64,000 nt of DNA from Lingula anatina (lineage: Eukaryota > Animalia > Brachiopoda): contig CM120642.1 in assembly GCA_051362555.1 (NCBI GenBank), positions 12,090,001-12,154,000 on the forward strand, written 5' to 3'. Positions 1 through 12,855 of the stretch are shown one piece after another (position 1 is the stretch's first letter; every line of letters starts with the position of its first letter). A model generated the notes under the pieces. It did no database searches, was not told the origin of the DNA, and saw nothing but the letters and a program-made list of their open reading frames with translations. Position numbers and translations under genes: made by a program.

Positions 1-56
1 CACTGCAATAAAGTCATTGTAGTAATGTCACTATAATGTATGTACACATGTAAACA

Positions 57-1010
57 CTAATTTTCAACCAATAATACCAGTTTTTGTACATTTCGCTCAA
101 GAATGGAAGATCGCAAAGTTCCAGAACAACCCGTTCTGACTTTAACTCTTCTCACAAGTCCGTCATCGTCTGCATTGGCTTCCACCACTCGAGCCAGAGG
201 CCACTGGTTTCGAGGAAGTTCTATATCTTTGATCAAAACAACATCTCCTTTCTGCATATTACGACGAGGTTCATGCCACTTCTGTCGCAGAGATATTTGA
301 CTGATGTATTCCTTTTTCCACCTAGACCAAAACTGTTCTAGCAAATATTGGACGCGTCTCCAGCGCTTTCGTAGAAAGAGATCTTCCCTGACGAAATTAC
401 CTGGAGGAGGAAACGGTATGTCAGCCTTGGCGGTCAAAATGTGATTTGGAGTGAGCGGTTCGAGAGTTTTCGGATCATTGATTTCACTCACTGTTAATGG
501 TCTGCTATTGACGATCGACATGACCTCGTAGAAAACGGTCCTGAGAGATGAATCGTCCATTCTACCTGGGCACAATTGAAGCACGGAATTAAGAATTTCC
601 CTCACAGTTCTTATTTGCCTCTCCCACACTCCTCCGGTGTGGCTTGCGTGGGGCGCATTAAGAATGAAGTCACATTGTCTTTTGGTTAGAAACGTTGCTA
701 TCTTGTTGCTGTCCACTCGATGTTGAAATTCGTTAATCGCACCAATGAAGTTGGAACCTTGGTCTGAACGGATCTGTCTAACAGCACCACGAATCGCAAT
801 GAAACACCGTAAAGCGTTGATGAAAGAATCAGTTGACATGTCATCTAACAACTCGATGTGGATTGCACGTGAACACATACAAGTTATCAAAAGTCCATAC
901 CTTTTTATTTCTTTGCGTCCCTGTTTAACGAGAAAAGGCCCAAAACAGTCTATACCGCAGTAGGTGAAGGGTGGCGTTGGTTCTACGCAATCCTTGGGTA
1001 AATCTGCCAT
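57..1010 (-). pseudogene. BEL/Pao integrase catalytic core and C-terminal domain, cut from the upstream polyprotein by one in-frame TAG (1026-1028)
   Basis: Motifs MADLP..PPFTYCGIDCFGP, IRSDQGSNF, GGVWERQIRT, NSRPL, LTPNH, FWSRWKKEY, WPLARV; same frame as 1026..3560 (AGG TAG ACC GAG TCC CAG AAA ATG). Confidence 0.92.
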
Positions 1011-1025
1011 TTTCTGGGACTCGGT

Positions 1026-3551
1026 CTACCTTCTCAATTTTCTGCAAGTAACACACTGACTAATGAATTTTGCGACGACTTTGCTGCCACCTACAATCCA
1101 AAAACCAAGGGATCGAAGCTTGTTGAGAGTCATACCTCTGCCCTGGTGTTGGGAGTCCGTATGAGCATAATCAAGAATCAGTCGCGTAACATGATGATTC
1201 TTTGGTAGGATGGATGGACGTTTTAATGGCGTTGGAAAACCTGCTTTCCGTAATCGGCCGCCGTTCAGAAGAAGACCATCTTCAAGAACCAGATCTTGGG
1301 GGTGAAGCTGATGCGTCTTAAGTAACGTGGTAGCTGCATCGAGGGCACTGAATGCGTCTGGAAGTGCATCGCGTTGGGTAAGCATAACAAGAGATTTTTC
1401 TGCCTTTCTTCTTTCTTCAATAGTCAGAGTCTGTGTTCCATTTACACCATTTGCAATTCGTTGGATCCTCCCCATCTCAGACACGGTTTTCCACGAACAA
1501 GAGAATCTCGTAAAGAGGTCAAGGATATTTGGCATTGTAGACGTAACTGCAGTACACAATGAAAAGACTCTCACCTCTGGATCCCCCAACTGTAGTTCTG
1601 TAGTGACACGTTCCAGTTTCACCTGCCTTTGCCAAAGAAAGGAGGGTCCAGTCAACCGTGGTGATTTGGAGATTTCAGCAACGCTGCCATTGTCATAAGC
1701 GAAGTCCTTTTCTATTACTCTGATGACTTCTTTTGAAGAACACTGAGGTAGTTCTTTGACGGCTGTACGATGAGCAATGACAACGTTGACATTGGCACTT
1801 GGAGGAGTAGAGTATCCCACCACCCTCCAACCAAGCAGAGTCCTGACTGCAAAAGGCTGATTTTCTTTTCCAATTAAGACCTTTCTGGGAGCTAGAGCCA
1901 TCGGACAGTTGTACCCGATCAAAAGTCCTACCTCACATGACTGTAGGGGTGGTAACTCGGCACTAAGTTGCTGTAAATGTGGCCACTTACTAACTGTTTC
2001 CGTCACTGCAATGTGAGATCGATTTGCTGGTATGAAATCTCTGGTGAAACAGGCATTGATGGGTACAATTTCAGATGAGTTGAAGGCTCTTACTTGTAAA
2101 CTGGAAATCCGGGAACTGTTAATAACTGTGTTTGAGGCGGTCATTGTTGACAACGATAAACGTGCGGGCTGTCCGGTAATCTGCAATGTTGTAGCCGTCT
2201 CTTGTAGAATAAAGGAAGTGTCGCTCTGTGTGTCCAAGAGAGCATACGTCAGGATTTCCTTTGACGGATTTTCCCTACTGGAAACCCACACCGGAACTAT
2301 CATGGAGGTGCTGTCATCTTTACCTTGGTCAATCTGAAGAGAATTTGCTACCTGGTACTCTGTTGTAGGTTGTGGGCGAGCTAACCTAAAGTTGTCATCA
2401 TGTAAACACGTGGGATGTCTTCCCTGGCATTTTTCGCATCTTAGTTTCCTTTTACAAGTGTTGTTGTGATGGCCGTGACGTAAACACCCGTAACATAGAT
2501 TGTTCTCACGAATAAAAGTGCGTTTGTGATCAAGTGTCAGAGATCGAAAATTTTCACACTGTGAAATGAAATGTCCTTTCTGACAGTAAGTGCAAACATA
2601 CACAGGAGGACTGGAGGTAGTGGTAAGAACGTTGGCATTACCTTTGACCTTGTGAGCAGCAGCAGCAGTCGTAGCGTTGAGGGCGTGTATTGACGAAATC
2701 GGGTTGCAGGCAATTCTTGCTTCCTTGGTCACAAACTCCACAAACATCTGAAAAGGAGGATATTCACCTGTAATGTCAATACACTGCGTCACTTCGCGGT
2801 TCCACCTCACTGTCACCCACTCTGGCAGTTTGGCGATGAGCTTCTGGTTTTCTGTACAATCGTTTAAAATGCGCAGATTAGGCACGTGTGGAATTGCATC
2901 ATGGCAGGCTTGCAGAAAGTCACCGAAGTCCCTCAGAGCTACAGGGTCGTTGGTTGGGATCTTAGGCCACGTGTCTAGTTTGTCTCGGAAGGCTTTCTGT
3001 ACTAGGAAGGGGTGTCCGTAACGCTCATCCAGAATTTTCCATGCGCTGTGAAATGCAGAGGGGCTGTTGCTGTAGAAAAACCCTTCAAGTGCTTTACGTG
3101 CTGGATATCCCACATACCTCTTTAAGTAGAAGATCCTTTCTCCAGGGGGTATACCTTTTCGTTCTATGAGCATCTGAAAGGATGTCTTCCATTCTAAGTA
3201 CTGTAGTGGATCTCCAGTAAAAATGCTGGGTTCTGGTATCGGCAATCTGTTAAGGTTCATGGAATCGGTCAGAGCTTTAACTAGAGTGTTCATATCCTGT
3301 AGCGACGACGCAGGTGTAGCGGCGCTGGTATTCTGTGAAGTGTCAACGTGACTCCCACCATCGCAAGGCTCGGCCTGATCTCGACTCTCGGTTGTAGCAG
3401 AATCACCGGTAGAGCGTTTGGCACTGGTCATATGCTCTCTTTCACGTTTTCTTGCTTCTAAATATTCTGCCATTCTTTTTGTCACTTTCTGTTTTCGTTG
3501 AGTCCTTCTTACACTTTCCTCTGTCTCACTGTCACTTTCGGGTTTGTCCAT
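1026..3551 (-). pseudogene. BEL/Pao gag-protease-(deleted RT/RNase H)-integrase zinc finger polyprotein
   Basis: Gag LPIPEPSIFTGDPLQYLEWK; knuckles CTYCQKGHFISQC, CYGCLRHGHHNNTC, CEKCQGRHPTCLH; protease YALLDTQSDTSF; no YxDD RT motif; GPSFLWQ then HHCC (H..SQHQG..CVTC). First ATG at 3551. Confidence 0.9.
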
Positions 3552-3586
3552 GAACACCAATTGTCCGTTGAATAGCTATGGGGATG

Positions 3587-3988
3587 GAGATTGCACCGTT
3601 GGCCCCCACGGGAGGAGAGACTGCACCGTTGGCCCCCACGGGAGGAGAGACTGCACCGTTGGCCCCCACGGGAGGAGAGACTGCACCGTTGGCCCCCACG
3701 GGAGGAGAGACTGCACCGTTGGCCCCCACGGGAGGAGAGACTGCACCGTTGGCCCCCACGGGAGGAGAGACTGCACCGTTGGTCCCCACGGGAAGAGAGG
3801 CTGTACAGTTGGTCCCCACGGGAGGAGAGACTGCACCGTTGGCCCCCACGGGAGGAGAGACTGCACCGTTGGCCCCCACGGGAGGAGAGACTGCACCGTT
3901 GGCCCCCACGGGAAGAGAGGCTGCACCGTTGGTCCTCACGGGAAGAGAGGCTGCACCGTTGGTCCCCACGGGAAGAGAGACTCCACCG
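3587..3988. repeat. 30-bp GC-rich minisatellite (~13.4 copies) in the retrotransposon 5' leader
   Basis: Unit GAGACTGCACCGTTGGCCCCCACGGGAGGA repeated head to tail with few substitutions. Confidence 0.97.
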
Positions 3989-4002
3989 GAGATAAGTTTT
4001 AC

Positions 4003-4706
4003 TGTAGCTGCACTCGGTCAAATAAAGGAAGTCTCTAACTGGTTGAATTTTATTAAATTCAAACGTAAAACTGAAAGAAAATAAAATAAAACAAAATAAA
4101 TAACAGAACAAAAATTGTAGCGAAAAATACTGAAAACAAATCTAAATACAAAATAACCTAAAAATTGATAACAAATTTACACGAAGTACATACGAAAGTG
4201 TAAGAAAAAGGATAGACGGAAACGTTGCAAAGACCCAAAGCCGGAGAAGTTTACGTTACTTTAGCGTTGAAATAATTTACCTTACCCCCGACCAAGTGTG
4301 CTAATATCGTTATAAAAGGATAGATAGAAACGTTGAAATACCCAAAGCCAGAGAAGTTTATGTTATCGTTGAAATAATTACCTTTTCCTCCGACTGGGTG
4401 TGCTAAAATGGTGTCGTTAGAGTACACGTATCGTTCTGTGTAAGAAAGTGAAGTGAGCAAAAAGAAATAGAGAGGAGGCCTTATATACGCAGTGAAATGA
4501 AAACTGTTCAGTGCAGGGTGTGGTACAGGCATGTGACGGTGCGGTTAGGTAAGTGCGGTGGCCTGTAACGTTATAATTAGTAGAGAGAGAGAGAGAGAGA
4601 GAGAAAAAGAAAGAGTAAACAGAGAAAGAACGGAAAATGTACTTCGAATGAATAATGAGAAATAAATAAATAAATAAAATAAAATAAAATGTCGCGGGCA
4701 GTTACA
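4003..4706 (-). mobile_element. 5' LTR (~704 bp) of the BEL/Pao element
   Basis: Minus strand begins TGTAACTGC and ends GCAGCTACA (TG..CA, 8/9 inverted repeat). TATA-like TATATAA at ~4481-4487, AATAAA at ~4049-4054, ~110-bp internal duplication at ~4206-4410. Internal region then starts GTAAAACTT. Confidence 0.75.
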
Positions 4707-5203
4707 CCCAGGACTGGGCCCCTGAGGACGTGTGTTTTGACAGCGCCCCTGGTTAAAAGCTTAGAGATTGCTTTTGGGACGTTAGAGTTGCTGTATAAAA
4801 GTCCCTTTGATTAGTGATAATGTATTTCTGAAGAGATGAAAGCTGTGATAGAATGTGTCCGTACTATAATTCTTATTCGAATTATGTAATTAAAAAATGC
4901 CGTATTTAAAATTATCGGCTTGTTGTTTCACTTCGATAAGATGTGAGAGAGGTGTCTCGCCTCTGTATGTGTTTGACCTGAAGGGCCGATTAATTGTAAG
5001 AAATACGCACAGTGCGGCAGGGGAAACAGAAAGAATGGGGGGAGTTTGGACTGTTATAACTCCTTGATAATATTAGGGTGGTATGTATATTTTAATATAA
5101 TTAAAATTAGGCCTCAAAATAATTCTGAAACTGTAATTTTTAAAAATAACACATTCATTCAAAAAATCACCCAAGCTGAACAAATGGAACATGCTTATCT
5201 TAA

Positions 5204-5540
5204 AGGGATAATAACTCTTCGTATGAGATCTATATTTCACAATAAAAACCTTGTGAATAACTCATAGAAATATAATATATTCTGTTTTACCGCAAAAACA
5301 GCAGTTATAGCTTTTATTCTGATATTTGAACTTGTCTTTAGACCACGTGACCTCCATTGATGCCTATACTCTGTTAAAATCTCTTAAGAGATTTTAACAA
5401 AAAACCAAACTTTTTAGAAAAAAACCAGGGACTAACTTTGAATGTAAAAATGGATTCATTAACCATTGGTAAGTATGGGAAAATTGTTGTTTACTCCAGG
5501 AAAATTCATTTTTTGGCCGAAACGAAGAGTTATTATTGCT
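5204..5540 (+). mobile_element. 337-bp MITE with TTAA target duplication (Kolobok/T2-like), copy 1
   Basis: TTAA|AGGGATAATAACTCTTCGT...ACGAAGAGTTATTATTGCT|TTAA; near-identical inverted copy at 20725-21061. Confidence 0.88.
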
Positions 5541-5602
5541 TTAATATATAAAAAATCAAATTACCATTTCTCATAATTCTTATCATTAATTTTTATTATA
5601 AG

Positions 5603-5744
5603 GCACGCTGGGTTTTGAGGATTCCCCTGTGGTATGTACCTATCCTCTGTACCACTGTAGTCTGAGATGGGTCGGGTTTAGGCTATGTCGCTGGCAGCTC
5701 AGTGTGGTACATGACAGACAGAAGAAATGCTTGGTGTTTGTGAG
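5603..5744 (+). CDS. Penultimate coding exon of the SOCS-box gene
   Basis: ataag| acceptor and AG|GTAAGG donor; open frame TLGFEDSPVVCTYPLYHCSLRWVGF..KKCLVFVR joins in phase to the exon at 6174. Confidence 0.65.
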
Positions 5745-6173
5745 GTAAGGTGACATTCATATTAAGGCCATCATTGTTAGGATGTTTGTAACATAATATA
5801 TGCTAGAACTGGAGTTTATAGTTCAGGTTTTCTTTATAATTTTTTTGACAAAACTGTGATTATTTTCAAATTGTGGCTATCTTTGATGGAATGAATTTTC
5901 TCTGTTATGTCAATTTGAAATTTTTGATTGATTTAAAATTTTCCATTATTAAAAGAAAGTGAAGTATGTAGCATAACTTTATTGTCAAATTTTTTTCCTG
6001 AAAATGACCTGTAACAGTTTAAATTTTTTGAATAACTATTGTTCGATTTATTTTCTTAAGCATTGATTTCACAAAAAAATATGCTGATGATAGTCATGAG
6101 TACTATTAATTTTGATAAATCAAGAGCGTAGATTTCCTTTGAATTGGTATTTTCAATTTTTCATCATTCTCAG

Positions 6174-7155
6174 ATACCATCTAGATGTCCGTGGTGCTGT
6201 CCACCACACCTCCACCCCTGTCCCCTACCACCAACACCCTGAGGTCCTAGCCAGAATAGAGGACTCTGCCATGAATGTCATCCACATAGACGACACGGCC
6301 TACTGCTACCAAGACCATATGGTGGTTATAGGCATCTTCAGACTTCCGCCTATGATTATCACATTCGTGTGTGTAGACCTGAAGGAGAAGAGTATAGTCT
6401 CATGTTTCGATGCACCAGAACAATATAACATAGATGTGCGCTATAAAAGTGTTATAAGTCCCGACAAGACAAAGATTGGTGTGTTGTATGAGAAACATGA
6501 CTCCTGGAAACTCTACTTGTACTCAGTCGGTACGTCACAGAAGCTGAATATAATCGAGTTATTTGATTGGACAGGTGCTCCTATTTATAATCTCTGGATG
6601 GGGCCAGGGACCTTGGCCTTTGACCCCAGGTATGGCTGGTCCCGACTCGCCTTCTGTCGAGGAACCCATCTTGCCTTCTGGGATTTGAAATCTCACCAGC
6701 GTTTGCATCAGATAACAGTCAGCAATGCCCGAGACGCCTTTGAGTACGGACTTCCCATGTACAGTCCTGATGGGCGTTTCCTTGTTGTTGTCTATATTCT
6801 TGTCATTACAGAGGACAGATTTTCTGTGACAAAGGTGGACATATTCGACAGTGACAATTTAATCCGTTTGGCCACCTCATCACAGGATTGCGTGATTAAT
6901 GGCCTGCATGTGTGCTCATGTTTACCCATGTTTTCAGCCTGTAGTCAACGGCTGGCAGTTGTCTCCAGTGATGTCCGTCACAGCAACTCGTATTGTAAAA
7001 TGTGTGTATTTGAATTACCTCAGCCAATCAACCTTCAAGAAATTTGCCGAATGGTGATCATACGATCTGTCAGACATAAAAAATCGCTCCTGAAGAAGCT
7101 GCCACTGCCTCCAACAATACTCGGCTTTCTCACCTTTCAGCCCATGCTGGAGTGA
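6174..7155 (+). CDS. Terminal exon of a propeller-like, C-terminal SOCS-box protein (putative ElonginBC-Cullin5 substrate adaptor)
   Basis: Acceptor ttctcag|A; WD40/YVTN-like motifs ISPDKTKI, LAFDPR, LAFWDL, YSPDGRFLVV; SOCS box PINLQEICRMVI..LKKLPLPPTILGFL at the C-terminus. Confidence 0.85.
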
Positions 7156-7486
7156 GAATTGTTGTATTCATTATTGTAATTTGATGTCAGATAAAAGAAA
7201 CACCCAGTTTTATTCCTTTTTTTAAATGATGCACAAATCAGTATTTATTTATTTACCATCATTTTATTATTAGTGTTTTTTTATATGAAGAGTTTGTAAA
7301 AAAAAAAAAACACCTTTCTTGCAAATAGTTTATGTTCAGAAATTTTTTATTTACAATTTTTAACTTATTTATTGTGAGCTTGATACTTTACTTTCATACA
7401 CTGTACCCTCATGACTGTGCCATTTCAGAAGTCTTCAAGGTTGAAGCTTTATATGGTCCCATTGTTTGTACTTCCATGATGTGTTA

Positions 7487-7657
7487 CAGGCCCTTAGCCA
7501 ACAATATCAAAGGAAGGAAGGAAAGGGGGGGGGGAGCTTTTTCTGAAAAAGGGGACCTTTTACCATGAAACCCTCTTGCACCAATTTTAACCCAGAGCAG
7601 ATCTTTTCCTGGCAAAAGGGGTGGTTTGTTTGACGATCCCCTCCCCTCCTCGGCCTG
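7487..7657 (-). mobile_element. Degenerate CAGGCC-ended MITE (hAT5-like), related to 38696-38864
   Basis: CAGGCC..GGCCTG ends flanked by 5-bp TGTTA direct repeats; internal sequence resembles the reverse complement of 38696-38864. Confidence 0.7.
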
Positions 7658-10600
7658 TGTTATTTTGTATTACTAGTCATTTCCACACATATTTTTCAGT
7701 GTATTACATTTGTACTTTATGTTCAAATTTTTATAAAAATGACTTTGTAATAACAAAGATGTAATTATTAGTGCAAACAATAAGAAGTTTTTTTGTCAGT
7801 TCAAGACTGATTTTTATACTTATTGTACTTGACTTGGTACTGTTGATGTATTGTGTAGTATGTTTTCTATTAGAAATTGTTTCACGTATATTGCCAAGCA
7901 GTCCATTTATACTGACATCTTACACAAACATTCATGAACTCTTTAAAGTCAGTTTGGTAGTTAAACCCTTATTTTATAATTTCATTAGCTGCAAAAGACA
8001 CACACTTGGCAGGAGTAGAATATTGAATTTTTCCGGATTTTTCATGGTAATTTTAAGCAGATATATTTGTGTTATGTTCTGTAATCATACAATATTAGTA
8101 CTGTATCGATCCCAGGGTCACTGTTATATGCTCATATGTTACTTTTAAATATTTCTTGATTTAACTGTGAAGGTGCACCTACATATAAGTTTGTCCAATT
8201 GAGTATTATTATTATTATTATTGAAGTCTGTCTTACTCCCAGCCACAACATATAATCCCTATTTATGCAATATTGATGTGCATAGCAGCCAGTATTATAA
8301 GGAATTAAGTTACTTAATATCTGTGTGAAAGTTTAAAATGCAGCCTGGAGTGAAAGTGATTCACTTTGCATAAATACAAAACAAAAAATTTGCATAATAT
8401 TTGTGAAACCCGATCTGATTAATTTCATTAGCTATTTATTTTTCATTTAGACCAAGAAGGTAGGTTTGGAAATATTGTCTTAACATCACAATCCCAAATC
8501 TCTTTTTTTTTTTCATCTTGGAAAGAAAACTAAGCCCAGAATACATGTATGTGACTGAATCAGATTGTTGTCTTTTGTAACACGGTCTACATCATGCTGA
8601 TGTCACAATAAAGCAGCAAACATCAGATTTTAAAACAGTTTTTACTTGAAAGTACATCAACTGTTTCATGTTGAACTAATTTTTAGATCAAGTTTATTTT
8701 CAAAAAATCATTTTTAGCATTTTGTGACATGAATTAATGTTGCCAAAAATAATCCAGTACCTCCATACAATCATCATTGCCTTTGACTTAGTTTTGAATT
8801 TCTTGCAGAAGTCAGAATTTCCTGGAAGTTGGCTTGAACGTTGGCAATCAATTATTAAATTTCGATTAAATTTTTCCAGATTGTTAGAGTTGTGGCAAAT
8901 GCTAAGATGGGGGGGATTTAAGGTTGGTTATTTGAGGGGAAAACGTTTATTCCTGGTAAATTTGTTGTATATCAGATTTTCACTAGAAAGTCTTAACACT
9001 GAGCACCTTTTATTAAGTGGCGTATCACCTAGCTTTTACAACAGAAAATTAAGTCAAAGTTTATCAAACTTTCATACTTTGTTTTGAACCAGATTTAAAT
9101 AGATCAATTTTTAAAAGGACGTATGAACAATAAAACAATTTTAAATAAAAGCATTATCTACTGTTTTTACATAGAAAGTAAGTTGATATCCAACAACCAT
9201 AAGACATGTTTTTATAACCTCTTTATTGACATTTGATGTGGAATCCTCTCATAATACAACTAAAAAAACTTAAATCAAATGTTGTATCCTATCCATAATT
9301 TTCCCACTAAATCAAACTTTGCTAAAAAAATTAATTAATTAATAAGTAATAATAAAGCAATTTTTTCCTACTCATGAATCATTACTAGACCTATTCTTGA
9401 ACTTGGATTCGATGTCTTATATAATTTCTTTATAAGTAGCTAAGTTCTAAACTAGCTCAGTGTGTCCTATAGCTAGTTCTAAATGACTGGCCAGTCGCTT
9501 AGATTACCGTGTCTTCCTGTACATTTAAGAGTGAAATATGTACTAAAGGTGACTTACTTTGAGGGACTTTATCATTTTAAAGGTCTGAAATGGGAAAGAT
9601 GAGTAATCTTAGAAAATGAGTTTGGGACATTTTTAAAAGCAGAAAATATTTACCTTTAACATCCCCAATGCTTGAAAACAAAAGCTACATTTTTATTGTG
9701 CTTTGTACAATAAAGTGCACCTTAAACTTCACCTACATGTGGTACTAGCAATACTTTAACAATGGCATAATGCCTAAGGTTGAACTTGTGCCACTACGTA
9801 CTCCAGCTAGTCAGATGAAAATGTTTGCATCAAAGGACTTCAAGTCCAAACACATGCTTAAATGCAACTAGAAAAGAAGACAAAAGTTACAGACAGATTT
9901 ATGATCATCAAAACACTTAAGTGAGTTTTTTCGTGTATCTAATTATTCATTTAAAAATGCATCTACCATTTTGCTTATTAAAAACAATAAAAAATGTCTG
10001 GAAAATCTCAAATATTGATGCTTATATTTTCTGTTGCTCAGCATATAAAGCATCTCAGAGCATTTATGGACAATTGAAGAGCTTTCTATTTTGGGGTGAG
10101 ATATAATAATTGGCATGGGACATAACTTCCATAGCTGAACAAATTTTTTTCACAACAACAAATGGGCTTCAATCCCGTGCCATCATGGTTTACATGTATG
10201 TCTTGGAGTTTTAAGCCCCTAATTTCAGTGTATCATAGAAAAAGTACTATTTTGCCTCATTAAGAATAAAATCTGAATTAGGGCTTTCAAGAAAAATAGC
10301 TGGCGGGGTTTTGAAGTGCTCAATGGTGTCATAAATGGGTGTTAAAGGGGTATTCATGGTGCTCAGGGAAAGGAGAGATTTGAAAAACTGATTTTGCAAT
10401 ATTTACCCCAATATTGCAATTATGACGTCAATGGTGAAATGACAGAGCTAGTGAACACCAAAGATTTATCCATTATCCAAAACATGTACATTTAGGACTT
10501 TTTGCCTTACCCTGTCCACCACTTTAAAATGATTTTAATCATTTAAAAATGTTTGGGAATTCGATGTATCAAATGTGACCAACTTGAAGGAAGTGACATC

Positions 10601-12855
10601 ATGCAGATGTAAGAAAACCATTAGTGAAGAGGTTAGATTAATTTCAGCCTTTAAGTGGAAAATTTCAAGGTGTTACTTGTATAAAAATTTTTTTTTTTAA
10701 ATGGATGCTCATGGTATAATGAAATGGCAATGATTTAATGATTATTTTATTATTAATTGCCAAATGTGCTGATGACGATGATTTTAAAATATACTCATTA
10801 ATAATAGTTATGCAAGTTTGTTCTTTCAATTGTTTACCTACCCGTTTTTTTCATTTGCCTAGGATTTCATATCAAATATCTATATTTAACCATTTTAATT
10901 TTTTATTCCACTATTCTTTAAAATTGATAATATATGTAATATTGTGCTTAAAATACTTCTTTAACATATGTCAAACATTAACATCTATCACTCTTTCCCA
11001 GCTCAACTGTCAACAACAAAATCATGTCCAAATCACGGAAAAGACCTCCACATGTAATAATAATACCTAAAACGATTTAAGAATTATCTTTCATTTATTA
11101 TAATATTATACTTTTTTAATTGGCTTAAATAAAATGCATGATGACAACTAACTTTAATCATAATAACTATACTATTAAATTAAAACTATATATAAAGCTT
11201 GTCCCTGTCTATGATTTGATTCAAGTAATACTGTTTTATCAAGGGCATTTTATGTTAATGTTTAATCTACCTGCAGTTTTGTCCCCGACTGAAAATTTTG
11301 CATTTACTACTTTTTTGAGAGAGATTTTTGATAATTACATAATTACCTGGGCTAAGGTTAGCATGATTTTTAGTACAGAAACTTGGATTAAAAATAGATA
11401 AAATTGGCCTTTTAAAACTACACTGTGCTTTCCTCAAGTTGGGGTCAGTACTTAATAAATGCTTTAAACTAAACTCTCTTAAAGTTTTAAATTACCTGTA
11501 TTCTTGTGTTGGGGAAATATTACCAATACTCCATTCTAAAATCTCCAATTCTTGTGATAACATTATCACAGTCATCACATTGAGTTGTGTTCATTTTTAA
11601 GGCCACACTGTCTTACCATGTAAAAAATCTTGTCAGTATCAAACTTAACCATCACATTTTGCTTTAACAACTTGAGCAAGTAGAATCTATCCACATAAAG
11701 ATGGCTATATTTTAGATGGTAAACAAGCAAGGAGGAGAATCACTTTGTTTGAAAATAAATAAATAAATAAACAAATAAATAGATAAAACTCTGATTAATC
11801 CATTCTCAACAGAAATACTTTTTTTAAAAGCACAAATTTTGAACCTGCTCCTTTTTCCTGAATTGAAATTTCCACTAACATAAAAAAGTGGGATTCTTCA
11901 GTGAGATATACATTCAAAAAGGTCTTAATCATTTTTTCTTTCTCAGAAATGACATTTAAAATGAACTTACAAACAGAATGCGTGTGTGTGCCTGTGCGTG
12001 CCTGTGTGTAGGCACACATACACAGGCATATACCCAGAAAGTATCCAAAAGATGCAGCCTACTGCGTTTCAGTCGAGGTAGAATATTCAAAAGAGTTGGT
12101 AATTTGGGTAGTAAATATCATAATAAATACAAAAATGGGGGTGCAGTGTTCATAGTTCTTAGTAACCTCGCTTTCACAAAGCTTGGTGGAAGGTCCTTCT
12201 GTAAAAAAGACGAAACTGCATTGAAAAATACTCATTCAAATATATAATTTTTGTGCGCTTCCTTACAACCTTGGAATTTTCAAAGAAAATATTCGGAATT
12301 TGTTAATATGCAGTGAAACATTTATATAATGACTAAAACATAACTCATAAAGTGCAGTCACAGCTTGTACATGATGAAGTCAGCAATGGGAAGACAACAT
12401 GATCTACATAAAAATACAATAAATACTACTCACTTAAATACTACTCACTTAAATGTGTTCTTACATTTCATTTAGGTCAAAATATCAATCAACCTAAGAT
12501 AGGAGTCCAGCAGAGTTCTACTTTAAAACTCGAACATGAAACATTGATGCATAAAGAAATACAGGAAAGAGAAGTGAAAACTAGCAAGCTACAGTCAAAA
12601 CAACAATCACAGGAAATCAACCAGCACTAAATTTCCATACAAAATCTAAAGAAAATATACACATATCACTTTCATACAATTTTCATAACAATATTATCAG
12701 TGTAGCAAAATATATTTTCACATGATTCAATAACAATATATATGTATGATATATGTGTATATATATATATATATATACTTGTATATGTAGATAATATATA
12801 GATCTCTTTTTTTAATATTATGTGCTATTTTGACATTCGTTATTGCAACACGTGT

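Larger units (their letters stand above)
1..4706 (-). mobile_element. BEL/Pao LTR retrotransposon, non-autonomous (RT/RNase H deleted); 3' LTR lies beyond the left window edge
   Basis: 5' LTR 4003-4706, then leader, gag with three Cys-His knuckles, aspartic protease and C-terminal DDE integrase in one reading frame, the BEL/Pao domain order. Confidence 0.93.

Noticed and set aside
1011-1028. Programmed readthrough of the TAG between the two retroelement ORFs
   Set aside because: The stop lies inside integrase, between the zinc finger and the core, where BEL/Pao elements are continuous; best read as a nonsense mutation.
3509-4111. Six overlapping repetitive ORFs, or a CRISPR-like array
   Set aside because: By-product of a stop-free 30-bp unit; the repeats are head to tail with no unique spacers, no cas genes and a eukaryotic context.
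4564-4706. Short 143-bp LTR bounded by TGTAAC..GTTACA
   Set aside because: 4003-4706 has a longer terminal inverted repeat, contains the TATA and poly(A) signals and abuts the leader.
6112-6173. N-terminus of the 347-aa ORF (MINQERRF..)
   Set aside because: Non-ATG start in pyrimidine-rich intron sequence; a splice acceptor at 6173 explains the frame.
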